Shown here: positions 13,501-25,485 of the stretch, one piece after another
Layout: every line of letters begins with the position of its first letter
How positions within the stretch are numbered: the first letter of the stretch is position 1
Assembly: GCF_964355755.1 (NCBI RefSeq)
Contig: NC_092673.1
Location: 20,457,648 to 20,521,647 of the forward strand
Origin: Antedon mediterranea
Taxonomy: Eukaryota > Animalia > Echinodermata
Direction of reading: 5' to 3'
Length of the DNA: 64,000 nt
The notes under the pieces: generated by a model
Databases searched by the model: none
What the model saw: only the letters and a program-made list of their open reading frames with translations
What the model was told of the DNA's origin: nothing
Made by a program: the position numbers and the translations under genes

Positions 13501-16500
13501 AAGTCGTGGGTTGTCACAAGTCGGAAGATGGCTAGTTTACCTTTTGGAAAATGCATAGATGAGGGAATGTTCTAGAAACATCCAGTTTGATCAACTCCAT
13601 GCTGGACTCTCTACTTGCTTTGTGAACTATAAACAAGAAATAAACATGTATACAATGTTGCTGTTCAATTTTGAATGTGTTTATTATTGATGAAATAAAA
13701 TAATTTAGTTAGATACTAACCTTTCTCTGCATCTGGTTCTTTGATAGATTTTAATGTGTCTCTTGCTCTTTCTTTAAAGATCTCAAACAACTCTAAACAT
13801 TGAAACAAAAAATGTGTTACAATAATTATCAAAAGGAAGAAATAGTAACATGTTTGCAAAACTGAATTTGTTTAGTATATAAGCTAAATTTGACTGCAAA
13901 CAAGTACAGTAATGATTTTTAACACTTGTAAAAGACAATGTTTATATTTTTTTATTTATTAATATTTCTTTATATTGGGTATTCTCCCTGAGGGCCCAGG
14001 TATGATCACTGGCGGTGTGTAACAGTGGCTACGTGTGTACTGGTACACGTCTCGAAAGATATACTAGGTTCTTTAAAGTGCACATGAGCTAGATGTGTAC
14101 ACTTGACCTACATTTAATATTCCTTATCTGAGAAAACTCGTTCTACCACCAGAACCATGGAGCGAGTGAGCCATGAACCCTTGCCGATGTTATGGCTACG
14201 TCATTACAGTTCCATTATCTTAACCACTTACTCAATCGGCCACTCACTCGATAATGTTTGTTCATTTTGATCAGCGCTTAGAGCCGCCCTGCATTTTGTG
14301 CTACATTAAAATAAACATTAGTATGTTTGTGGTCCCTGCAGTTTGGGACAGTGTTTGTATGTTGTGTCACTTTTGTATCTAATTACCGTCAGTTATATTG
14401 AGTTCATTTCCTATAGCCATGATCCAAACCTTTCCTCTAACACTAGGGGGAATTCCATTCCACCACAGCTCTCTTGTCTTCTTCTGGCTTCTCCTATAAA
14501 GTAAACGAAGTCTCTAATAATAAGGTTGGAGAGAAAAAATGGTATGTGAAATGGTTGTCTAAATAATCTTAAGCTCTGTCTACACTATTAAAACTAGTTT
14601 GACAAAACAAGTTTGATGTGCCCAAATATGGTAGTGATATGCCCGAAAATGGTAGTTATATGACATCATCATGTCCATATAGGTATGGGCACATCACCTT
14701 TTTTTGTCACATACAGTTTTTGATAGTGTAGACTGGGCTTTAAATGCATTACTAACGCAAGACATAGTTTGTTAACCATGGGCCAATGTGTAGTACACTA
14801 GGCCAGCCTATACCCCAGAATATGTACATTGCTTTGAAATTAATGCAGAATTGTTGGTAATACCAGCACTCTTCACTGGTGATACCAAAGGGTTATACAA
14901 ATCAGTATGATATATAATGAGTCATTTAATTATTTTTTAGAAACATTCATATTTTGAATTGCATTTACTACTGTACATGAATGAAACAAGTTTCTATTGT
15001 GTACAGTATATAAAACAGGAAATGATTATTTCCTTTAAATCCCCCAATTCAGGTTTCAAACTGTCATGCACCTGATTAACATTTACAGATCACATGACAA
15101 CAGGTAAATTATGAAGAAACTTCCTCATCTAAAATTACCTTTTATGAGTTAGGGAAAGTAAAAATAAACACGCAATGTTTACCATTTACAAATATACTGT
15201 ATATATATATATATATATATATAAATACAACAGGCAAAGAACATTAATTCTAAACCGACCGGTGATATACTGAAATTTATTTAATTAATTTGAAACGATA
15301 AAGATGAGGAAACCTGTGAGAATGAGAAAAAGTCGCCCCAACCGAGACTCGAACTCGGACCGTCTGCTTGATATGCAGTTGCCCTAACCATTAGACCACT
15401 GGGGCTTTCATGGTATGTTTCAAACTCGATTGGATAGCGACTCTTTAACATTCTCAGCGTGGTACGTGGTATAAATATATATATATATCCAATCTGCAGA
15501 CAGTACTGTTTCAATCTTATTAGATCTCGTCAGTGGAGCTCAGGTTTCGAAATGATATATATATATGTATATATACAAATACATATTACATTATCTAACA
15601 ACATAAATATAAATGCATAACTAGAGGATATACAGTTAGCTGCAGTTAGTATAAAGGTCTTTCACTCCTGTTTCAACATGGTTCCAGTCTGGTCCTAGCA
15701 AAACAAATCGAACATTAATGTTTTGTTTTCACACAGCTACATGCATATCAATTTTCGCATAATTGACTTTTAATTTGATTTGCCGACGCCGGACAGTGTA
15801 AATATAAATTAAACTTACACAGCATCAAAGTTAGGCAATATATCTTTGTTCCAAGTGGTCAGTGAATTCTGAACTTTTTGGTCAAGTTTTGTCTGCTGGA
15901 CATGATCCTTAGCCAGCTGCTTAGCGAGCTCTTTTTCTACAATATAAGAAAAAAACAACAACTTAAATACATATATTGTAGGACGTTGGTCTCGGGTAAA
16001 ACTGCTAATTGGATATTAATGTTAAAACTGCTAAATGGACAATAATGTTTAATCATTCATGGTAACAGGGTTTGTTAATTTAAAAACTTTCTTTATAAAG
16101 TATTTTATTGTAAACCATGGAGGTACTGTATAACACCATAAACAGTGTAAACAGACTAATCACCTACTGTGATGAACTGTACAGTAATTCTTTTCAAAAT
16201 AAAGGTACATCCTGGTACTATATTCAAATCATTAATCTAAACCCACATTGACCTTGCCTTAGTTCTTATTTCTTTATAATGAAACATATTGAAAATAAAT
16301 GTCTGCAAATATGTATTATATTGAAATCAATCAAATACGTTGCTTCAATGAACCCACTGTAAAATAGGAATACAATATGAAGAAAAACAAGAAGTAGAAA
16401 CAAAAAGGACGAGGAAATGATGTCACTGAAATGTCGCTATAGGGAATTTAAATTTTGTGTTGAATTTCCAATCCATAAATATCTGCCTGATCATAATTTA

Positions 16501-19500
16501 AGTATTAATGAACCAAGAATAATCAGAGATTAATTATATATTTCCTTCACAAGACTTAAAAAGAGCTGGTATAGAAAAAAATAGTACTAAACAGATACAG
16601 AAATTGGTATCAATCATGGTTATCATATGTTTATTTCTCTAATTTACGGGTTTTTATGATTAGGCTATTTTATTTCTATTAAATACCAATTTTTTTTAGC
16701 CTATCTATTGATCATCGGTCTACTTGTAACTCACGAAACTGAATACCGGTAATCAGATACAGTATTTATTACATTATTAAACATCCCGCTTTTAATAAAA
16801 CACTCCACTCGAATAAACACTTCTCATGGAACATCATTTGGAATGAACATCATTTGGAATAAACATCCCCCTTCAAATATTAAATAAATAAAGGTTAAGT
16901 TTTAGTTAAACCAGTTGACAAGTACTTACTTGCTACGTTTCAGCTACTTTCAGTAGCCTTGTTCACGCAAATGACATTGTTACCATATTACTGTACACCC
17001 AAATAAATAAACTCATCATACCAAATAAACACTTCCCTCAAATAAACGCCCCCCACCGCTGCTAAAAACCCTCCTGAACAAATAACGCTATGATCTTATT
17101 CGAATAAATACGATATTTAATCAAAATGCAGTATCATGGTTACCTTTCTTTTTTGCTTCTTTCACCATCTGTTCATACATGTGTCGATGTTTCTGTTCTT
17201 CTTCAGGATTTTTGGCAGGAAGGTTACTGCAATAGCAAACAGACTTATTTATTTCCTATCCTAAATATTAGATCATAGAATATTTTTGAAATAACAATGA
17301 AGTTACAGTAGAACTCAGTGTTGTACTGTATTTAGTCAAAGATCTTGTAGACAAAGGCTAGATCGTCAACTCAAATATATTTGAATTTACAAAACGTGTA
17401 AACTAACAAAATTATACAAAATAATAAATACTCACAAAGGACGATTTTCAAATATCAGAGCAGTGGTTGAGCTTGCGACACCCAATGATGCTTGACGATT
17501 TTTCCATGATGTTGATCCGGTTGGTGGATGGGTAAAGCCTTTCTGTTGGTTGTCTGGCATGTCTTTTACCTGCATGCGGCCGAATGGTGTCCATTCCTCT
17601 TTGACAACTGCACCAGAGGCAGCAGAAGCCTTTTTAGATTTTCCACCAGAAAGACGAGGAAAAAGATTTCTATGAAGAAATCAAATATCATTAAATTTGT
17701 ACATAAAAAGAATTTGACAAAATATAAACTTTTAAGTTCTTTTGCATTAAATAAATGCACATTGAAAACGTAAACATTGTTAATGTATGTTGTTAATGTA
17801 AACAGTTAAACCAAAGATTTTTATAAAAAATCTAAAAAAACACGAATACATGGTCAGCTGTAATGTAACACTGAACAGAGCTCAAAGCACATAACATCTG
17901 TTTTTCTTAAATCTTTTCCTGAAGTTTGTCTGCTTTTGTAATTTAGTTTGAAAGATCTCAAGGGAATGCATGAAACACTACTGTACACAGATGGATGCAG
18001 ATTTTTTCCATCATACACACTGAACATGTTTAACTGAGGATGGCTTTACCCACAATCCACCATGTGAAGTGAATTTTCAGCTTGTACCAAAATAAAAAAT
18101 TGGTGTGAGAGAAGAATTTGTGCAGACCAATTTGTTTTCACATCTATGTTGAAAGCACAGAATTAAAATTAAACAATAATTGTCTGCTACTGCTCCTGTA
18201 CTGTACAGGGAATAATTTCGCCAGTGTAGTAAATTTGTGTAGCAAAAAATACAATACAAAACTATTTTTCTCGACTCAAAAATCAGTTTCCCCTGCTGTA
18301 GGGAAAATATTTTATTCAAACAAATGATTAAATTTATTTAAAAGCAAAACTCACCTTGTAAAAAAATTACCAATTCCTTTCTTTTTAGGTTTGGCTCCTT
18401 GTTCGGTGTAAGCAGACTCCTCCTCCGCATTAATACATTTAGGAGGACTTGATCCAAACAGACTAACTTCAACAAAGTTTTGGTCACTCGAATCAGTATC
18501 AACATTTTCAAAACTGTTTGCAATTAAAATAGACTGTGGTATACCCGTTGTATGGGAACCACAACTATCTGGACTCGTGTCTTTGGAAGTACTTTTGTTA
18601 GTAGCACTCTCACAATAATCTTTCTCATCTGATTCATCATCGAAATCACTAGACATAATTCGAGGTGGGCAAGAATGTCGCGGAAAGTCATTTTTATTTG
18701 TGACATTTAATTTAGCAGTTAATGTCTCGCAACTTGTGACATTTAAAGTTGCAGGTGTTGTTTCACAATTCGTGCTGTCGAAAGTCGCAGGTGATGTTTC
18801 ACAATTTGTAACGTCTAAAGTCGCAGGTGATGTTTGACACCTTGTTAAATTTAATGTTGCAGGTTCTTTATTATCATTAATTTTGTCATCTACTATGATT
18901 CTGTTTTTATTGGAATCAACTTCATTGGCTAAGTTTTCTATACTATTTGATAACTCATTGTACTGTGTTGAACCATTATCTTGACTGCATGTCAATAAAC
19001 TATTTTTTCTGTGGTTTACAGATTTGTTTTCAGTTGTGCCACTGCCATAGTCTTCACAACTCTGTTTATCATCAGACTCATAGCCACCTGGAACTGACAA
19101 GCAGCATGAGTTTAGAGGATTTACAGAACTCAGAGCATGGCTACACACTCTCATAACCTGATCTTGGACAACATATTTCACTGTTGATGATGGTACTTCT
19201 ATTGCTTCGTGACCAATCTTAACTTTTATTCCATCCCCTGGAAATAACCTTTTATCTCCCAAACAGCCTGATGAATTCTGTTCCCTCTCTTTCTCTGTAA
19301 TTTGACCTTTTCTTTCTTGGTCATTATTGTCAAGATCATCACCTTCAACAAGTGTATTTTCAATTTCTTGAACAAAATCAGCATCTTCATCCCCAGATTT
19401 AGATTTTTGTCCTTTCTTCAATCTACCACTGCGTGCATTACGAACTACCTTCTTATCAGAGGTTCTACCCTTAAATTTGAAAATAGGCCATGTTGACGTA

Positions 19501-19640
19501 AATATGGGCGTTGATCTACCGCTCTGTTTAGCAGAACCTGCCTGGTTAGGTTCGTGATCTTGCTCTTGATGGGCCTGGTGGCCTAGCCTTGTCGACTCAT
19601 TTTTACCACTGCTATTGTCCGTTTTACGTTGTTCTTTCAT
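10564..19640 (-). CDS. TBC1D14: TBC1 domain Rab-GAP, TBC1D12/TBC1D14 family, ~870 aa, 12 exons
   Basis: Exons 19640-18355, 17669-17436, 17226-17144, 15936-15819, 14493-14387, 13792-13721, 13626-13541, 13011-12940, 12388-12260, 12059-11950, 11273-11170, 10775-10564 (2613 nt, all GT-AG, frame kept). Family motifs: [50 protein letters not shown] (R finger), RPDVGYVQGMSF (Q finger), [42 protein letters not shown]. Confidence 0.93.
10848..11019. mobile_element. Degenerate MITE in last TBC intron
   Basis: Imperfect TIR AGGGTCTTTCGCACCTGTTCCGGCACGGTTCC / GGAACCGTGCGGGAACACGTGTAAAAAACCCT. GC-rich island within an AT-rich intron. Confidence 0.55.
11535..11880. repeat. Intronic minisatellite, ~21-bp unit, ~16 copies
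   Basis: Tandem CTAACAATATCTAACGGTAAC-like units. Confidence 0.85.
13983..14249 (-). mobile_element. tRNA-derived SINE with Deu/Nin-like central domain
   Basis: Diverged copy of the 31926-32210 element: tRNA-like head and GATAAGGA..TAAA.GTAGGTC...GCACTTTAAAGAACC core. Confidence 0.65.
14572..14739. mobile_element. MITE family A copy
   Basis: TIR AGCTCTGTCTACACTA / TAGTGTAGACTGGGCT with TTA on both sides. Confidence 0.8.
15334..15405 (-). tRNA. tRNA-Asp(ATC)-like cloverleaf, probably a SINE head or pseudo-tRNA
   Basis: 72 nt: acceptor stem GCCCCAG/TTGGGGC, A-box TGGTCTAATGG, anticodon arm CTGC-ATATCAA-GCAG, T arm CCGAG-TTCGAGT-CTCGG, followed by ACTTTTT. A32 and the ATC anticodon are atypical for a functional eukaryotic tRNA. 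Confidence 0.55.
15494..15538 (-). ncRNA. Type I hammerhead ribozyme motif (slightly decayed)
   Basis: CTCCA-CTGACGA-GATCT(AATA)AGATT-GAA-ACAGTACTGT-C-TGCAG: core boxes CUGANGA and GAAA, helix II, palindromic helix III, GUC cleavage triplet at 15501-15499, helix I with one mismatch. Confidence 0.7.
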
Positions 19641-19855
19641 GGTGACGGCAGTGTACTGGATAGCCCAGTATTATATTATATAACTGAATGTACACCTTAC
19701 TTGTATTTCATGTTTGAAACAGTACAATTTCCATCTTTTTACATCCCTAAATTTCAACCTCTCTCTAAAAAAATTATCGGAACTAAAAAATCAACAAACA
19801 ATCGTTAAAACAACTATAGAGGGCAGTATTTAGAGTATTTATTTATACGGTAAAT

Positions 19856-19888
19856 CATAGAGATATTATAAACTATAATATCTCTATG
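19856..19888. mobile_element. TIR-only hairpin with 7-bp TSD (probable P-type excision footprint) upstream of the TBC start
   Basis: CATAGAGATATTATA-AAC-TATAATATCTCTATG flanked by GGTAAAT (19849-19855, 19889-19895). Confidence 0.7.
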
Positions 19889-20372
19889 GGTAAATAAATA
19901 CTGTAGTTAAATTATTATTATTGGACGTATATTAATAAATGTTGAAGCGGATGAGGTGTTAGGGTGATGCAGAGACGTTCGAAAAACAAACAAACAAGAC
20001 ATCTTAATACAGTACTGCTGTATCAATTTTATTTAGTATTATTTCTCAAAATATGGCATTCATTTTGATGTCATTAAAAATAAATTATAAAACAACAGGA
20101 AAAAAATCTTTAATTACAGTATTTATATTAGTTCTCTATTCACAAATTACTTTTTTATATACTCTAGGAATGTAAATATTTAATATTCCAATGTTAATAT
20201 CCTAAACACAGTAATGTGTTTAATCATGGAGGCCATGGCATAATGCAAAAATATATAAATAAAAAATAAGGACTTCATTAAAATAATAAATTAACTATCA
20301 CAATCAAGGAGAAAACATTTTTACTAAGCATAATGAAGGTAACTTCATGACTAGATACTTATAATAAAACCA

Positions 20373-23252
20373 TCATTTGTCACAATTATCCAAAACTGAT
20401 GACAATGAGGAGTCTGAATCCGAAAAATCTGAATCATCTATATAACCAAGTTGGTAATTTGTATTGTTTGTCATTTCACTTTGATGAACAATGATGACAT
20501 CATTGGATGCTTTGGCACGCCTCCTTCTGCGCCTAATATTAGATTGTATTAAACTATTAATACTATCTAAATCATTATGATCTAATGTTGCTTGTGTGGA
20601 ATTGCTTGGCCCACTAGACGTGCTGTCAGTATTCTCTCTAGTTGTGCTCTGTTCCGCTGCAGCTTCCGCATCATTCACGTTATGTGGTTCTTCTGCAATA
20701 GGTTCTTCTTTCTTTTTGTCAGTTTCAATTTTATCTACAAGTTTTTTCTGACACATTGGACAAACATCTTGTAAATACAGCCACTTGCGTAAACACATTC
20801 CATGGAACATATGTCCGCATGGCGTTATACGAGCCGTTAGTAATTCATGATAGCAAATGGCACAAACATCATCATGGTCTGTTAATTGACTCGCAGTTGC
20901 AAAAGGTAAATTGTTGATTTTAGTAACAGCAGTCCTACGATTTTGGAACATTTTCCAACCTTCTTTAGCTTGTACAAAAATATTAAAATACGCGTGTATA
21001 CTCATCATAAACGCTCGTATTATACCACCGGATTCGAATAAAAGAATCCAGCCACCATTAAAAAACAAAAAGACGCCAAAGAGAAATTCGATAATGCTTC
21101 CAGCTCCTTTTAAGTAGTAAACATAGTCATCAAGATTTTCCCAGTAGGTGTTACAACAGGTATCAATCATAAAGAGTGTGTACACAGATGTTGTAACCAA
21201 TACCTTGATACAGAGTTCAAGACAGAATGCGGAGACGGCCAGAATCCACGTACTCATCTCGTATGACGTCCATAGAGAATAGAAAAGAAGAAATGGAATA
21301 ACGAGAAGAAGAAGAGCTACGAACAAAACACGAGCGTGCCGTTTCCAAGACGTATTTTGGGACGCGCCTAAAGATAGCATAACTTGGTTCAGCATGTTGT
21401 GAATAAAATGAAGAATTGCAGTAACAAGAAGACAGGAGTTTCTAAAAAGACGAACCAATCGAGCGTGTCCTTCTAACTCTGTTAGACCTGTCTGAAGAGC
21501 TAGAATAAAAAACAAGACTGCTGAAACAGTCCCAATGTATTTTTCTTCATCATCTGTACTTTTGATGATCATATGTATCAAACAACCAATGTGATTGGCT
21601 ATCTTTGCAACAACTGCACTCATACCCAGTAGCATGATAAATGATCCACAACCAGCTATTGCAAACTCTGAAGCTACTCCTCTTAAAGTTGTCCAATTCC
21701 AATAAGCATTGATGTCGTTATTTAAATGTTCAATGCTAAAATAATGTCCGAGAGCTAACCACAATGCATTGCTTATCCAAAAAACTCTAAGCAACGTTGG
21801 TACATGCAAACGCTTCCATTCGTGTTCAAGCAACATTTGTAATCCTAAATCATTACGGATAGTTCTCAGTTTTTGGAAGAATTCATTAAAGTGCAGCGTA
21901 TCGCTTACAACTGTGAGCGACCAGATCCATATTATCAATACAGATACAGCCACAGCAGAAGCAAACCACTGAAATGATGAAACTACTTTAAACTTAATTT
22001 CAAAGCCAGGTTCGTGACAATACACCGCAACTGAAACTGGTAAAAACATGATAAAGTTACAGAACGTGACTGCCCATGGCAAAAAGATACTGATGTGTTG
22101 ACGTAGCAGCAAGGCAAACAAAGAGGCATACAATGCTTGAAGAAGAACATACACAAATACATCTCTTGAAAATACAATCTGTGTTCTTTCTAAATGTCTC
22201 CATGTCTCTGGTTGTCTTTCTATAAACATGACATCCCATTGCTCTACTGTGTTATTAGAATGCAGCTTTACCAGGAACTGTTCACTCCACCAATAGGATG
22301 CTTGCAGAAGACCACATGATATTATAAGAATGTATGCTTTTGAAAGTATTCTTGATGGTAGGATGAACACTAAGAATGCTAAATTAACCCCTAAAATAGT
22401 AAAACAAAGAATTGCATTATTAGATATTCTGTATCCATTACATAAATAGAATGTCTACACCAGTTTACAGACTGGAGTGCCGCGCTGTAATGAAAAAAAA
22501 AAAATTGTCAATACAGTACCATTTTTGATTGAAGTGAATAAATGATAGGCTATTCAAAAAATTGTTTTAAATCGTTTTTTTCAAGAGAGTAATTTAATAA
22601 TACTGTATATATCTTCTTTTTTTTTGTCTTATGTAGTATCGACCCACTTTTATTTCTTCATCAATAAAATGTTCATTTACAATGCATTGCACATGAGTAA
22701 TGTAATGATACAATACAATATAATTGACATTAAATAACTTTCAGTACATCTGATATCTCACTCCTACCATTGCATTTTATATATAATAGTATAAGGAAGA
22801 AAAAAAAAATACTTTCCTCTATGTTATACACTCGTTTTTCAATCCTTAACAATGTACATATAATTTACCACAGAATTCTTTATTTTATAACTCTTTTTAT
22901 CTCTTTATGGCAATCAAATAAAAAAAAGTTATATTTTACTTTACCTATACTGTATATATCTTTGTAACAGAATTCTGTTGTTGTTTTTTTGTACAGTTTT
23001 AACATTTTTAAACTTACAGTAGTTAATTATTTGATGGTCTGACTTACCTAGGAAACTTAAAATTAACTGTAATAATGGAAAAGTGTTGTTCACATTTAAA
23101 GGAGCACCTTCAGTTTCTGAAAACATTCCAATGAACTGCTTCCAACAATTAGACATATTAAAAAATAGATTATTAAGAACAAATAAAAGAGGAACTCTCA
23201 TTGCAATGGTTGCCATAGCTGGCAGATTCATCCTCATATTGGGTTCTTCCAT
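20373..23252 (-). CDS. RNF139: ER-membrane RING-H2 E3 ubiquitin ligase RNF139/TRC8, ~740 aa, 2 coding exons
   Basis: Exons 23252-23048 and 22390-20373 (phase 1, 2223 nt). TRC8_N motifs AMRVPLLF, EHEWKRLHVPTLLRVFW, VLFFILALQTGL..L....RLVRLFRN.CLLVTAILHFIH, WENLDDYVYY. RING-H2 CAIC..ITPCGHMFHGMCLRKWLYLQDVCPMC. Possible upstream UTR exon with donor at ~23846. Confidence 0.92.
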
Positions 23253-23849
23253 TTTTATTTTAAAGCATCTTCTGAAAGGAAACATGAAAAATATACAGTA
23301 AGTGTTACACCTGGAAGGCTGTTATTAATTATAATTGCATTACTATTTAATATATTTTAATATTTACTGTAGGTCTAGAAATGCATGACAATATTACTTT
23401 AATATTATTAGAAAGTAAGATCATGAAGTTTTGGTTCAAATTTAATATATGCATTGTCAATTTTACTTTGTTATTCCTTGTTTATTCCACACGGTGTTTA
23501 CCAAACCTTTCTTTAGTTCACTACTAAATATATAGTACCTAGTCACTATAGCTAATGCAGTGCAGTTTATATTTATATAATAGATTAATGATAAACTTAA
23601 TATCCCCAAAAAGGACGAATTGACTCCAAAAACACATACTGCAGCACATTTTATGTGTACGCAGAGCCTCTCTAGCCTATGGCTAGGCAAAGCACAAACA
23701 AAGTAAAACAGCAGCCAACACACAGGCTTTTTTACAGTAGTTGTTTATTTTCTTTCTATCAATAAACTCTCTTCTTACAACCACAATTAAAATAAGCCTT
23801 ATATAATTAATTAAAAATAATTACAAAATTGAAATAGTATACTTACTAT

Positions 23850-24350
23850 AAAAACTATTCTAATTCATAACATTTAGGGGCGGCTGCTAGGCCTGCCATA
23901 CGTGTCATCGTTATCGTCCTTTTCTCAGATGAAACGGCGCAACGGCGGTGGTGGCGATATAACACGTACACACACGATGAGTGCCTAGCCATTGGAACAG
24001 TCCATTAGAATACAGGTAACATACTATAATAAACCATAACTTAATACTAACAAAATAATCATAAATTGCATATTTATCTTTCAATCCATTTGAAAATAAT
24101 AAATTTAAATTACTCAATTAAGAAAAAACAAGAAAATACATTGCATAGTTAAGTAATCTCTAAAGTTTAAAAGGATTGTACCTTCAAAAAAAATAAACGC
24201 GCGTAAAATAAATGGTACAAGGCCGGCCGTAGCTACTCTACATTTAGAAATTCCCAATTTAACTTGTTGTGTAATATTTTATTATACAGTACAGTACAAT
24301 TTTGACGTTTTTCAAAGTATATTTATTAAATAATATGAATTGTACAGGTA
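23850..24350. promoter_or_regulatory. Probable shared bidirectional promoter and first non-coding exons of RNF139 and RNF145
   Basis: Lies between divergent genes, with CpG-richer patches. Candidate donors on the minus strand (~23846, TAG|GTAAGT-like) and plus strand (~24348, CAG|GTAC). Positional inference only. Confidence 0.4.
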
Positions 24351-24648
24351 CTATTATTACTATATAGGAATCTAGACTAGCTTAGTTTTTCAGGTTATAT
24401 TCATTTTGTTTTAGCTAGCTAGTAGTAGTAGTAGGCTAGGCTAGTAAGTAATGTATTCTAGTCTACTCTCCAGGCCAGGCCTACTTCTTAAGGGCCATTT
24501 TACTTTTAACCAGCCTTCTGTTCTCTGATCCTGGACTGGAGCTGCAGTGATACTTGATAGCCTATAAAACCCCACTGATCTAGTCTTTTCTTGAAGCTAT
24601 TCACAGAGGAAGCAGTTACCACATTATCAGCAGGAAGACCTTTGGTTG

Positions 24649-25258
24649 GGCCGTTGCATATCCTGAAAATACGGTATATTTTATACCGTATTTTTTAGTA
24701 CCCCATTTCTGCTAGGTATAACTCAAGTACTACCTTGGGTGGTCGTGTTAAAATTCACCTTTTTTACCCAACCCGCCTTTCGATCCCCAATGGAAACAAG
24801 TTATTCCTTCCTTGCCCGATTAGAATTTGTTATTTTTGCCCGCACGATGGTATAGCCTCTCCCATATTTTTTACAAGTTTTGCTAAATTATATTTCTATA
24901 TAAATTTCTAAATCTGGCTGTCCTGTTTGTTGGACTTTTTTTTAATTTTCCCGAAATATTTCTTTTCCCGAAATATTTGTTTCCCCAAAACATTATTTGC
25001 AAATGTTGTGATGTTGTTTTTCATTGGCAGCAGAAATGGGTACCAAAAATACGGTATCAATAATTTGGGTACCCATTTCTGCTGCCAATGAAAAAATACC
25101 GTATTTTATCCACAGATTTAGTGGGGAAAATACGGTATACAAAATACGGTATATTTTTTATGAGCGCCGTTTTCCCATGGCAAAAATATACAGTATATAT
25201 GGTATTAAAAAAATACCATATTAAATATGGTATTTACTTGGCAGCAGAAACAGGGCCA
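24649..25258. repeat. Palindrome-rich MITE-like repeat in RNF145 5' intron
   Basis: Repeated AAAATACGGTAT/ATACCGTATTTT motifs and the hairpin TGGCAGCAGAAATGGGTACC...GGTACCCATTTCTGCTGCCA (25024-25088). Confidence 0.5.
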
Positions 25259-25485
25259 TAGTGAGAAGAAGTCAGATCTGTACATAGGGATTTTAACTAA
25301 GTTTGCTTTTTAAACAATTTCATCAGCTGAGGCCCTTTTAACTAGACCACCACTTCCTAGTTAGGCCTAGAGGAGTGCAGCAGTATAGAGTGAGTGAGTG
25401 AGTTTGTGCAAGCTGGTTAACGTTAATGATGATACACATACTAATTACTATGTTCTCCTTGTTGTACTTACTATAGATAATTAAC

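Larger units (their letters stand above)
15225..15555 (-). mobile_element. SM-alpha/retrozyme-like SINE: hammerhead ribozyme plus tRNA-like Pol III module, flanked by (TA)n
   Basis: The minus strand reads hammerhead (15538-15494), spacer, tRNA cloverleaf (15405-15334), T-run, AT tail. Bounded by TA microsatellites at ~15200-15222 and ~15555-15575. Confidence 0.6.

Noticed and set aside
15334-15405. Functional tRNA-Asp with a novel ATC anticodon
   Set aside because: A32, a mismatched top anticodon pair and linkage to a hammerhead and TA repeats favour a SINE head. Kept only as tRNA-like.
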